Assembly (NCBI RefSeq): GCF_963921235.1
Contig: NC_086107.1
Coordinates: forward strand, 102,240,001 to 102,304,000
DNA length: 64,000 nt
Direction: 5' to 3'
DNA from: Mobula hypostoma
Lineage: Eukaryota
Shown: positions 23,901 through 37,035 of the stretch, one piece after another
Numbering within the stretch: the first letter of the stretch is position 1
Layout of the letters: the number at the start of each line of letters is the position of its first letter
Notes under the pieces: generated by a model
What the model was told of the DNA's origin: nothing
Seen by the model: the letters and a program-made list of their open reading frames with translations, nothing else
Database searches by the model: none
Position numbers and translations under genes: made by a program

Positions 23901-26900
23901 AAAATGCGGCTCTTTGTGCACAAAGCCCCATTAGGTTCTATTAGTTTGTGTTAAAATAACTATTGCCTTAAAATGAGCTTATTTTCAGAACTAGAGACAG
24001 TAGAAAGTTATGTTAGTTAATCTGAAAGTTACTTATAAACATTAACTGAAGTGTGGAAGTTGGCCAATGATCCACTATATGGCTAATAATAAGTGAAATG
24101 TATCAACTTTCAGTGGCTGGAGAAAAATAGTATCCTGTATATAGTGCATCACCTACCATTCCCCTCCTTGTCAAATTTCAAGAATTTACAGTTAAAAACA
24201 CAAAATACTATAATGTTGGAAAACTGAAACCAAAAAATGCCAAGCATTAACAGATAAAATTTCATGTTTGTGATTTTTCATCAGGACGCTATACACTCAC
24301 AGATTGGTAGAAGCCAAGGTGTGTTAGGAAGGCAGAAAGGCTAGATCATTTGGGACCAGGTTGAGGAGAATTTTCTTCAGACAGTGATAACCTTTGGAAT
24401 TTTCTATGCCAGAAGACTGTGGTGACTCAGAAGTTATACAAAACATGGATTGACAGATTTCTGGACATTAAGGGAATTAATGATTATGGAAACAGCACTG
24501 AAATGGTGGAGTTGGCTCGAAAGGTTGAAAGGACTAATTATGCTTCTAGTTCATATATTCTTATCCCCATACTTAAATGGGATCCTTTTACTAATTACTT
24601 TGCATTTCCTTGACACCTACAAGTGCCCAGCTTTTGCTAGGTTATCAGCAACTACTCACTAATACTACTTTCAAGTGGGCGTCCTCATGTGAACTCAACT
24701 GACAAGAAAACATAGTGAAGACACTTTTAAAAAACAAAGTAAAGTGTTATCAAGATTAAATGGAGAAGCAATGATAAGATGTTTGCAGAAGAAGAGTTTA
24801 GAGGAAAAAGAGTACACTTTAAGTATATACTCAATTTAGCAAGCTATTTAACATGCGAGGTAAAGTGGATGGACTTCTAGGAGCTGGTCACATGGGGTGG
24901 TAAGGTGGACTCAAGGAGTTGTGATCGAGCTAGACATTATCTAACTACACAGGGTAGCTTAATACAATAGTAAAAAAAATTGATTGATTTGTCAACTTTT
25001 ATCACAGAATGTGTAGTACATCTTACACCTGGAAAAATACAATCATACCTGCAAGGTTACTACCTCATTTGCCAAAATGAATCTGTTGCTTTGATAAATA
25101 TAACAATATTATCTAACTTGATGAACCTAACTTAACAAACTCCTACACAAGAGAGAGACATCAAACAGTGCTGGCTTCAATTAAATTACAAAATTAGCAA
25201 TTAACTAATTTGGACTGGAATTTATGCTCTGGTATTTATTGCTGATGCACAGTATAATCCGCCTAAGCACACAATGGGTTTTCCATTATTCTATACCACA
25301 TTCTCAAGCACACTATTATTTCAATATTAAATATGGTTTAGATAAACTTTCTAATCTGTAACTCAGAAAACAGCAAGAATATTTCATAAGTACAATTTGC
25401 ATTAATGCACTTGTACCACTTCAAATGCATGAACATATTTAACAGATTTAAAGATAAAGATAAAATTCAATTAATATGAGCTTGGACTGGAAACAAAATG
25501 TTTACCATGTGGGGGAGGGAGAAGAAAAAGACCTGATTTTCTTGAAGTGCATAGACAACAGATGGTACCTACACCTCTGCATAAGAACAAAGGAGGAAAA
25601 GCCCAGTACTAATCCATACAAACAACGTTCATCCAGACTCCAGACTTATGCTCAGTCATTCATGTGAAAGGAGAAACTGCTTTGCCCAGGGCATACTGTC
25701 TCACTGTTCAAAGAAAGACTACTTTAGAACCAACAGTCAAAGCAACAACTATATTTCCTTCTACTACACCAAAACTGTAACCCAGTTACGAAAACCAAAT
25801 TAATACTCCTTTTTTCTTAAATATGTAGAAAAATGCACAAGATTTTTTTATACATTTGCAGATATTTAGAGTCCAATTAGCTCTCAAAAATTTAAATATT
25901 TGACACAGATTAGCTAAAGACAAAATAAATGCAAGAAGGAATAACTAAATCAATATGGCAAAAAAATAGCTACTGCAGATAATAAAACTTAACCTTTTTA
26001 ATTTTAAAAAGAGCGTAAAATAATAGATTCTGGATGGAATTAAGAACATTTAAATACATTTTACGTTTTAGAAACTTAAAAGTGGAACATTTGAATAGTT
26101 ATGGCTGTGGTTCACATCAACTAATAAATCACTCTGTTTAAGTTAGGAAAATGTGATGGTACAGATGAACATGCATGTGAAAAGCTTTTATACCTGAAAA
26201 TGACAGACGATAGCTGCAGTGACCTCTATATTTTCTATTTGCTTTCAATTGCCACCAACAAATGAGTACATCAAAGATCAATTTGAGAATTCCATTATTC
26301 TCATAACCGTGCCCACACTTCTGTTGTCTTCCTTCACACCCCACTTCCAAGTGGACGACTGAAGTGTTTTGTGGTCATTTATGTGCAACTTAAGGGACTT
26401 CCTCCCTTCTCAGAATTTAACAGTCCATACATCGGGACTTACACTTCTCTCTCTCTGAATTTCTTCTATACTTTAAAACTTCTTAAAACCTTGTTAATTA
26501 AGCCTTCAATGGATCAGTCTTTATCTCCTCTAAAGCCCAGTCTCAAATTTTCATCAAATATATTGTGAAATGCCTTCAGACTTTTTATTCTGATAAAGAT
26601 GTTATAATGTGCAGTGATTTTCCAGAATTAGAGATCTATTAACTTCTGGGCATGCGTGGTTGTTGGCACAAATGATTAACCTCAGTTGACTTTAACATGA
26701 ACATCCAGTAGAATCAGAGCTGCTAAGTGGTTTAGTAAAGATGACAATCTCCCCAAAAATTCTAGCATAGGTATCTGCATGACTGAGAATACTTTGAGGT
26801 AGTTGCAATTTGTTTCTCTATTGTCATAGAGTCTTCCCTGCAATGGACAAGTCAAATACAGATTGGATGACAGTTTTGTGGAATACTTTTGCTCACTCCA

Positions 26901-26959
26901 CAAACATTCCAACTCATTTCTACTTCGATCTCTGTCCTCTACCTTCAACATTGTACCTG

Positions 26960-27290
26960 TAAACCTCCACCCTGAACATTCTCTCTTCTCCTTCACATTG
27001 GGCAGAAGATACAAAAGCCTAAAAGCATGTATTACCAGGTTCAAGAATAGCTTCTATCCTACTGTTATAAGACTACTGAATGGTTTGCTAGTAAAATGAG
27101 ATGGATTCCTCATCTCATTCTATCTCGTTATGGCCTTGCATCTTATTGGGTGCTTGCACTGCACTCTCCAACTGTAAAACTCTACTCAACATTCACAATG
27201 CACTGTGATGAAATGGCCTATATGGATGGCATGGAAAACAAAGCGTTTCACTTTGTTTCAGTGGATGTTACAATAATAAACCAACTACAC
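26960..27290 (+). mobile_element. Rex1/L2-like LINE 3' end
   Basis: HP.HSLF...GRRYKSLKA..TRFKNSFYPTVIRLLN in ORF 26863..27099. Confidence 0.8.
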
Positions 27291-27760
27291 AATAGCATTT
27301 TCACAAATAATCAAACATTATTAATTCAGGAACACCTATAATTTGCTTTTCGCAGAATTTGCATTCTGCATTTCCCACAGAGCATTTAAAAAAAATTATC
27401 CTGCTGCAATCATTTACACCACTTCCAGGACTTGTTTTATTCAATAATCATTTTACCACTGAATTTTACCTTGTAGCCTCTTGTACCATTTAACTGTACA
27501 AGTCACATGCTAAACCTCTGACTTCTCCTCCTCCAAATCCTCTCCCCAGCTACTTAATTTTCTCTCATTCCCCACCCCACATCCGAGTTTTCATGATGAA
27601 TCATCAAGCTGAAATGCAGTATTTCAACTTTCCAGTATCAGTACCAATAAATATTTGCCAATTCCCCAACAATGTCAAAACAGGACAGACCTGTCATATT
27701 TATTAACGCAACTTCATTTTAGGGTTAATGTACATGGAGTACAAAATGCTTTGCTCTTAC

Positions 27761-28467
27761 CTTGCTCATTGCCCCGGGCTGGGGTCCTTTGAGACCAGCT
27801 GCCATCTGAGGTGATTGCTGGGTTAATGTATCAGCAAGTAGGTTGTTTGTGTTGGACATGCCTGGACTTGAGTACTGTACATTAGGTCTTCCTCTTCCAG
27901 CACCAAGAGAACCATTCATCACTTGTCCTTGGATCATGCCCTGAGTATTACCACTATTCATCAGAGCTGGATTCATATTAGCATTCATGCTCATCCCTGC
28001 CTGGTTGGTTGGACTGTTTACTCCAGGCATTAGACCTGTTGCTGACGTATGAAGCTGATCATGTTTCTGGGGGTTCACAGACTGTGGTGTTGGAGGTCTC
28101 TGGTTTGCTCCACTTGCTCCCATTCCCATATTGGGCGGGGATGTAAGTCCACCTTGAGTTAAAGGGCTCTTGACCATACTACTTAAACTTCCTATACTGG
28201 GACTATTCTGTTGACTTTGGCTGCCTACAGACTGAACCGGACTATCCATGGATCGTGATGAGGTACCACCAGTGCCATGTCCCATGCCGATACTAGAACC
28301 ACTGCCTCTCAGAAGTTCTGACAGTTGTTTGTGCTTCGAGGCAGCATCCTGCATCATGCCAACGCCAGTTAGCTGAGTCAAATCACCTCCATTTGTCAAT
28401 ACTAAAGAATCTGAGCGGATTAGTTCATCTGGCAAATCATTCTCAAGCTCAAAAAAGGGTCCAAAAT
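27761..28467 (-). CDS. EP300: EP300 exon 2 (DFGPFFELENDLPDEL...QDAASKHKQLSELLR...GAMSK; nuclear-receptor LxxLL region)
   Basis: Lies within ORF 27725..28543. Acceptor T-rich tgcag|, donor AAG|gtaaga, 707 nt. Confidence 0.96.
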
Positions 28468-29411
28468 CTGCAAAAAAAAAAAAATTAAAATTGTTTTCAT
28501 TTTCAGGATATAATTGCAAGCACTTTTGTTTTCTAAAACACACTAGGTTTTAGTCACAAATAACCTGCCATGCCGTGCTTGACATGATGAGAAGAGGCAA
28601 GGAGTAATTTCTAAAGATATGGGCTAGCTTCCTGCATTCAAATGAAAATAAAGCCAACATTCCAGACTGTGCAGCATTTGATAATATCTGATAGACGAGG
28701 AACTTACCTGCATCCTTGACCGCTAATGGAAGTCCACATTCAATTCTTTCAGAACAGGTTAATGGCTTGTTGCCAGTAAAAATAAACCTAGCAAAAATTT
28801 ACTAATTTTCTATTACACTAGTTATCTGAAATGACTTTCAATTCAACCCCTAATGAGAAATTCACTGTGCATCATAAATCAGTCAAGCACAATAATCTTA
28901 TAGGAACACTGGCATTCATGAAAACATCATGTTGAGTTTTAAAGTTGCACAATTTTCCAAGTTACAACCACACCAATATACTACAGAGGAAAATGCCATT
29001 TGGTCTAATTGTCTTGTATGTAGAGCAACTACATTATTTTGCTCTCCCTTGGAAACCAGTTTTCACTTAAAATTTAACACGTCTGCATCAATCACTCCAC
29101 ATGACAAACCTGTCAAACAACAGAATTCCAAAATGTAAAAATCCATTCATTAAGTCTTTGGTGAGTAACACACTTTAATTGCCTCACGAGCTATTTTTCC
29201 AATCATTGGTAAAACACTATGCAATTTTAAAAAAAACTCCCTTTTGAGGATTTTTGAGGACTTCAATGGACAGATGCAGAAGCCAAATCTCTTTGCACCT
29301 GTTTCCCAACAGATGTTATACTCTCCAGATCTAACACAGCTTTAACACACTAAGTGTGTGTTGTCCACAGACCAATATTAAAGGTCAGCCAAGTATAAAT
29401 GGCAGCGTCTA

Positions 29412-29570
29412 ATCATAAACAAGAGAAAATCTGCAGATGCTGTAAATCCAAGCAGCACACAAAATGCTGGAGGAACTCAGCAGGGTCTCAACCTGAAATG
29501 TCAACTGTACTTTTTCCCCCCATAGATGCTGCCTGGCCTGCTGAATTCCTTCAGCATTTTGTGTGTGTTT
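29412..29570. mobile_element. Palindromic Penelope-like fragment (inverted plus direct end)
   Basis: 29-bp arms at 29456-29484 and 29537-29565 (2 mismatches). Same family as 16450, 33628 and 40004. Confidence 0.8.
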
Positions 29571-30199
29571 AATGGAAGTGTGGACCAGTTTCAGGAAAAC
29601 AGTGGACTGTGAGCACAACTGGAGACAGTGTCTGAAGCATGGGCAGGGTGCACTGACAAGATGAAACACACAAGTTGAAACAAGTTTAACAAGGGTCAAC
29701 CCTCTCATGGACACATCATTGTAGTTTCAAGGTATCAATGTTATTTTAGTTTGCAGGGCCCATGCCTTGACCCTTGCGAAAAACAAGGACTTTAAGTGTA
29801 ATGAAACATTTCAAACAATTTGTGAAACTCTGTCATCCAGCTGCCATTTTTAGAAACAAATTTATTTCCATTCATGAAAACCAACAGTATTTGCAATGCA
29901 TTTCAGACATTTATTTCAACTAATATTCCATTCAAAATACATTACGAGGTGCTTGTCCAGATTAATAACCAATTGTTAACATCTCTCAAATCTTCTCCAG
30001 TTCCTCAGTTTTTGTTCAAACACAAATCATTATGCTAATCAAGCACTGCAGAGATTATATTCCTATCCCCAAATCAAAACCAATTAAAATTGGGGTAAAG
30101 AACCAAAACTGGAGCAATACTGGAATGTCAGAGAAAATTTCTGGTCCTTTGCAGTAAAATAAGCATTTGCTTCAAAAACAAAATGTTGAAGATGCTCAG

Positions 30200-30715
30200 G
30201 AATTGGATGCATTACTAGTGATCTTTCCAGAATCACTCGATTCTGAAATAGTTCTAGAGGACTAGAAAATTCCAAACATCACTCCACACTTTAAGGGAGG
30301 GGACAGAAGGCAGGAAATTGTAAGCTAGTTAGCTTGACTTCAGTGGGGTGGAGTCCATTAAGGACAATGTTTCAGGGTATTTAGTGCACACAATAAAACA
30401 GGCCGAAGTCAGAAATATTTCCTTAAGGGGAAATCATGCCCAAAGAAGAAAGCTGTTGGAATTCTTTGAAGAAATAACAGACAAGATAGACAAAGGAGTG
30501 GATGTTGTTTACTTGGATTTTCAGAAGGCCTTTGACAAGGTGCCGCACACGAGGCTGCTAAACAAAAGTCCATGGTATTACAGTAAAGATATTAGCATGG
30601 ATAGAAGACTGGCTGACTGGCAGGAGGAAACAAGTGGGAATAAATGGAGCCTTTCCTGGTTGGTTGTTGATGAAGACTTGATGTATCAATTGGCCTAATT
30701 CTGCACCCATGTCAG
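30200..30715 (+). mobile_element. CR1 LINE RT fragment
   Basis: LLEFFEEIT..IDKGVDVVYLDFQKAFDKVPH.RLL in ORF 30348..30698. Confidence 0.9.
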
Positions 30716-31169
30716 GCAGGTTCAATACTTCTATATTTTAAAATGCTTGCTAATTTTGTGTAAATGAGCTCTAAAATTTTCTGCAACTTTTTGTAAGCTA
30801 GTCTTTTAAGAATATTAACTGAAGCAAATAAAGATATAAAAGAAATGCAATTATAGGAAGGCTACACTAATTGTGAGAAAAGGCTAAACTGGCCCATTCT
30901 GATGCAGAGAAAGCAAATTAACTGAAATCGTTGAATTCAATCTCCAAATTTAGAAGACTGTAACAAGCCTAGAAGCTTACAATTAGCCTCATTGTAATAA
31001 ACTAGAGATCACAAATAAGAGAATGGGAGTTGTTTGTTGGCAGAGAAACTAAAGGAGCTGGACTTGGTACACCAAGGTGGTGTTAATAATGAGTGATCAT
31101 CTTAGTGGCCTTTCTTGCGATTGCAACATCCTGTTGGACATTGTTAATGTGGAATTCTGCAAGTCCGAT

Positions 31170-32680
31170 TCACTAATTATTGCTGTCAGCAAGGGAGCTG
31201 CATGGCCTAGGTCTCAGCCTCAAGCTGCAATGCCACCCAGGAGAGAAGCTTCGGAGTCAGAACTGCCCCTTGGGGTTCGCTCAGCAGAAGACGAGATGTA
31301 TTGCGTGCAGAGTGCTGCAACATTTATAGGACTTAGGGTCTTGGACTACTTTTCTGTGTGACAGTATTTTACTGGTATCTTGTATGTCTTTGCCATGTAT
31401 GACTGTTGGTACTGTTTTGCACCCTGGCTTCAGAATAAAGAGTTCCAAGTTGCTGTAATCATGGGTATTTATTGTATGGTTGAATGACAATCAAACTTGA
31501 ATTTGACCTTGATAGGATGCAGAGCTGGGCTGAGAAGTCGCAGATTGAGTTCAATCTGGAAAACTGTGAAGCGATATACTTTGGAAGTTTGGGAGAGTAC
31601 AAGGTTAATGGCAAGATTCTTAACAATCCTGGGATCTACATCCATAGATCCCTCAAAGTTGCTGCACAAGTTGATAGGTTGGTTAAGAAAGCGTATGTTG
31701 GTCTTCATTAGTAGCAGGAATGAGTTCAAGAGATGTGAGGGGTGACGTAATTGAAACTAATCGAATGGTGAAAGACCTTGATAGAGTGGATGTGGAGAGG
31801 ATGTTTCCTATGGTGGCAGAGTCTAAGACCAGAGGACACATTCTCAGAATAAAGGGACGCCCTTTTAGAACGGAGATGAGAAGGAATTTCTTTAGCTAGA
31901 GGGTGGTGAATCTGTGGAATGGCAGCTGTGGAGGCCAAGTCTTTATGTATATTTAAGGTACAGGGTGATAGATTCTTGATTGGTCAGGGCATGAAGGGAT
32001 ACAGGGAGAAGGCAGGAGATTGGGCTGAAAGGAAAAATGGCTCAGCCATAATGAAAAGGTGGAGCAGACTTGCTGGCCAAATGGTCTGATTCTGTTCTTA
32101 TATCTTATGGTAATGTTGCAGCTCTATAACACTCAGGTTAGACCACATTTCAACTATGTATTCAGTTTGGTTGTCTCATTTTAAGATTTAAAAGGCGGCA
32201 CAGAGGAGATTTACCAGGATGCTGCCTAGTTTAGAGTGCATGTCTTATACCTCGCTTAAACTTCGTGTCTTCACTTTGGAGTGAAGGGGGATGAGATGTG
32301 ACTTGATAGAGATGTCCAAGATGATAAGAGGCCTAGATAGTGAACAGCCAGCACCAGTTTTTTCCCAGGATGACAATGGTCAATATGAGAGGGCATAATT
32401 TTAAGGTGATTGGAGGCAAGTATGGGGAAGATGTCAGAGGTGGTTGTTTTTTTTTTAAATATACACTGTGTTAAGTGCATGAAATGCACTGCTATGGGGT
32501 CTTAGAAGAGGCAGATACATTAGGGATATTTAAGGGACTCTTAGATAGGCATGTGGATGAAAGAAAAATGGTGACTATGTGGGAGGGAAGGGTTAGATTG
32601 ATCTTAGAAGGTTAAAAGGTCAGCACAACATCATGGGCCAAAGGGCCTGTACTGTTCTATGTTGTATGAAAGCATTGAAA
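31170..32680 (+). mobile_element. Cluster: SINE/LINE tail (to about 31505), CR1 fragment, and a second CR1 3' end nested at about 31741-32109
   Basis: DLDRMQSWAEK.QIEFN..CE RT motif. The outer CR1 reads gagttcaagagatgtgagg...taatgttgcagctctataa across the insert. The inner copy has gagatgagaaggaatttcttt...gtgaatctgtggaat. Confidence 0.8.
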
Positions 32681-33094
32681 TACATTTGCATTCTCATCTA
32701 TTCAGTATAGTTTTATACCAGCCAGCAACTTTTATATTTGCACACCATCACGATTTTGGGGCAAAAGAAAAAAAGGAGATGGAAGGATTAAAAACACAAA
32801 GGTCATTCTATCGCTTACTAAAATGCAAATTACTATTTGCTTAGAAAAACACTTCAATTGCATCCTAGTTACCAAAGTTTCAAAAAAATGAAGCAACAAA
32901 TTTGATAAGATACTATGACAACATTCAGTTCAGCAAGGCTGTTCGAATTTTCTTTAGATCTGCTATTTTCAAAATTATAACATGCATGAAAATTACACGA
33001 CTTGCCTGTACACAATAATTCAGCCCTAATTAACTTAATGGGGAACTCAAAATATAAAAGCTAGCAAATAAAGATGATATAAAACTTAAGAGCT

Positions 33095-33375
33095 AACAAG
33101 AGAAACAGCACAGAACTAAACTCTATGTCCCATAGAGTTCAAACTGAACTCAACACCACACAACTCCTATTTCATTTTACCTACGCTCCCATCAACTTCC
33201 CATAGATTTTACCACTCATGAGCATGCTAAGGGCAATTACTGCAATTAACCAATCAACTTGGAGGAAATTGGAGGACCAGGGGCAATGGAGAACATGCAA
33301 ACACCACGCAGACAGCACAGAAGGTCAAGATTGAACTGGTGTCTCTGGAGCAGTGGTTCTACTAGCTACATTTAT
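33095..33375 (-). mobile_element. V-SINE/HE1-like SINE remnant
   Basis: ggagaacatgcaaacaccacgcagacagcacagaaggtcaagattgaac is shared with the copies at 41310 and 41745. Confidence 0.55.
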
Positions 33376-33627
33376 CATCCAAAAATATATTCTGGTACTT
33401 CGGGAGTTACACAAACAGAAATGACGTTAGGACAACAGTAAGGGGGCAGTGGGGGGGGGGGATTATTACCTCATAACTGCACCCCCCCCCCCAAATCAGA
33501 GCATACAGACTTATATTAAAAGGTGCTGGGTCAAAGTATTAGAACTCCCTTTACAAAAGCACTACTCAGAGACTGTTCAAGAAACACACCTTTCCTGCTC
33601 AGAAACAACTATAGTCATTTACAGCTG

Positions 33628-33760
33628 CACACATCAAAGTTGCTGGTGAACGCAGCAGGCCAGGCAGCATCTCTAGGAAGAGGTACAGTCGACGTTTCCG
33701 GCCGAGACCCTTGTGTTGCTTGAATTTCCAGCACCTGCAGAATTCCTCGTGTTTACGTTT
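33628..33760. mobile_element. Young Penelope-like insertion (inverted 5' part plus direct 3' tip) with 13-bp TSD
   Basis: TCATTTACAGCTG duplicated at 33615-33627 and 33761-33773. CpGs are retained. Confidence 0.88.
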
Positions 33761-36700
33761 TCATTTACAGCTGGGTTGCCAACACGCATTAAGAATAAAA
33801 TTTCAAACAAGTAAAAGATTTTTCAATCAACACTTTTTCCACGAGGATATTCAACCTGCCTTTGATCAAAGGGACTTCAAATTATTGTAACTTGATTCTA
33901 GAATTTAAACAAATGGATAATGTCACTAGACTGGGTCTTAAGGACTTATTTGGCTGCACTATCAAGTATCTAGTAGAGTTTAGCTCCTTCCTAATGGGGA
34001 CACATTTGCAGTGTCATCAAACTTAGCTTCCATATTAAATATGGAACATAAAGCACATCTTCTGACATATACTGAACTGACATAGTTCCTATAAAGCCCC
34101 ATCTCTCATTCTTACCTTTCACAGGAAGAACAAAAAGGCTACATATTTCTTCAACTGTAACTCAAAAGTAGTTAAGGAATAAAGTTATTCAGGGGTTAGA
34201 GAATATAAAAACATGGGTAAGATGATCATGAAAAAGTAAGGTGCAGCTCAGGTTGAGTAAGCTGCGACAGAATTTCATATTATGGAGCATTTCTTAAGAT
34301 GGATGTTTGGAAAGTTGGTAAGATATTTCCATTTATGTGAAAGGCCAAAGCAGTGAAAGAAAGTCACTAAGTCTAACAGGAACGCAAGGTGTGGGTAAAG
34401 TATGAAAACACTACAAGGAGAAACAGAGACACAGAATTGATCATGTAAGAACTGCAGGAAGTTAATTAATTCTACTCAGCCATTTAATATTGTGCCACTA
34501 TTTTGACTATTCTTTCCCATTTGAGTAAAACAGTCTTCTATCTGGGTTTTTCTTCACACCTCTCTCTGAAACATCTCAGATCTTTACATCATATCAGCTG
34601 AACATGGCTCAAGTATAGTAATTTAGAAATTACTTCCCTTGTCGTTCTGAAGTTTAGACCTTAGGCCCTCTTACTACATTAGCAGAACCCTTCTCTTAGT
34701 TTTCTGTTTTGTCTGTTCTAACTTCATACATTCAATACATCACTGTGCTAGACTAAAATGAGTACATAGCTCAAAGGACTTAGAAACCAGTGCAGATTAA
34801 ATAAACATATTTAAAATATTCTGATAAAAGTCAATAATCTAAAATGTTGACTGAAGGAGAACTGTTTCTATTAACTGATGCTTCATGGCTTGCTGAATAT
34901 TCCCAGCATTTTCTTAGGTACACTAAGATACAAAACTGATTTTAAGCTAACTTTGGCAAACTCTGTTCTATATACAATGCTAGATCAGGTCAAATAAACT
35001 GTGCATCAACAATGGAAGACCAACAATGCTGTCATGTTATTACCCCATAAGCATCTTAAGTAAAAGACACCGCAAGAGTCTAAACCACACCATTTATATG
35101 CTTTTCCTTTTTCTTAAAGAGTGATTTTGGCACTGTATTTTTCATTTTAACTGATTTCAAGGAAGTCATACTGTTTTTCAAAACCTGGTTCTGGGGATCA
35201 CTGGCAAGGCCAGCACTACCAAGGTTGTCCCATACTACCTCCTTGTAATTTTGAACATGTCCTATCTTAATCATCTGGCATAACAGATACAGCACCTGTT
35301 GACATATAGGTTGAATGCAGGAAAGGAAGTCCGAAATATGAAAACCCACTTTGCATTTGCTAGGCTAAGGAATCAACTACAAATTTATACATTTAGAAAA
35401 TTCCTTTTCATGAGCTGTGGGAGATGGTACTAGACAACTGAATAGTACTGTCAGAAGCTTCAGAAGGCACAGATTTCATCATTCTTCACCATTCATTGCC
35501 ACGGGCCATCCAAACAATGTAGCCCAAATGAATTTAAATCTAACTGCATATCACGATGCAAATAAAAATTAAAGAACATTTAGCCATTGCAGTGCAAGGT
35601 TTAAAACTAAGCTGAATATGATTTAAGCAACCAGACTGACAATAAAATACACAGCAAGAGCTAACTCCTATTTCATGGCTCATCAAATGGGGTTAACATT
35701 TTGAGAATCCCTGAAACAGGGATTTCAGAGAAAATGTACAGATGCAGTCACTTTTGATGTTGAGTTCTGATATCAACATCATTTGGTATTGTACATTTTT
35801 CTTTTTTTCTTCAGTTATTATACAGATACTTTTTCAGAGCCTGAAAATACAGCAGCTTTAGATGATTAATTCAAATGTTTAAAAAAAACAAATAAAATTA
35901 GAAACACCGCATTTCTGATAAAGAAGCATGATCTTAAGCAGTAAATTTAATTCTATATACCTTAGTTTGAAATGATTTACTTTAAAATAACAGAAATATA
36001 ATTAATTTTTCACAACTAAAAAACTGAAACACTCCTTCAGCAATTTTAGTATTTACTAAATATGAAGTTCTGATGTATTCTAGGTGCAAAGATATTTATT
36101 TCAAGCTTATTGTTTGTTCCTAGTCAGTCATTGTTCTACATTTCCCATTCAAAAAAGCTCGAATTCAAGTACTGGAACAACACACCTGACATCAAAAGTC
36201 ATATACAAAAACCCACTTCTGATTCAATGTTAATTATAAAAATAAAAGGCTAGGTATAGCATATAGAATTCATTGATTTAAAAATTCCTAAACTATGAAG
36301 AAATCAAAATTAATGATCGTCACACATAATATGTAGAAAGGGAATGTTAAAAGGGAAGAATGCCAACCATAAGCAAACATCACTAGCAAAAACAATGTTT
36401 ACAGCTTATCCTCACCTTTGAAATTCTGGACTGCTGGATGTCTATCAACCACATTGCTGTAGGACTGGAGACACACATATACATCAATTCAATAATTGGT
36501 TTCTTTTTCTAAAGGGCTTGGGTTTTAACAACACCAATACTCTGAATTACTAGTTCAGTCCTTCAATTGCCACAACAAAACACAGACTGTACAACAACAC
36601 ATCCAGACACCAGGTAAATAAATTTGTCCTTAAATATCCTGTCTCTATACACAACATATTACATATAATATACTATAAAGGGATCTATCCAACAGGATCA

Positions 36701-36834
36701 TCCTAGCTTTTGAACTCCAGACAAGCAGTTAAATCCCTTTTAAAATGTGCTTTGACAAAAAAAAATTATAGAACAGACAAAAAGTTAATTTTTTTTGTAA
36801 CTATTCATACGAGCAGGTACTTATAACAGGTAAC

Positions 36835-37035
36835 AATCCACCTAGCACCAGCAATCATTCCACGGTCAAAGACACTTAGATTACATTTTTTCCCATTCAG
36901 ATATTTGGTCTGAATAACAACTGAACTGCTTGACCATGCTTTTATGCACGGAGCTGCTGCCGCAAGATTAGCTGATTAAGTATTTGCATTAATGAGTAGG
37001 TATACAGGTGTACCTAATAAAGTGGCCACTGTGTG
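36835..37035. mobile_element. Partial copy of the Tc1-like element at 7605-8324, opposite orientation
   Basis: gtacctaataaagtggccactg terminus, with internal sequence reverse-complementary to 7605-7720 and 8100-8175. Confidence 0.75.
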
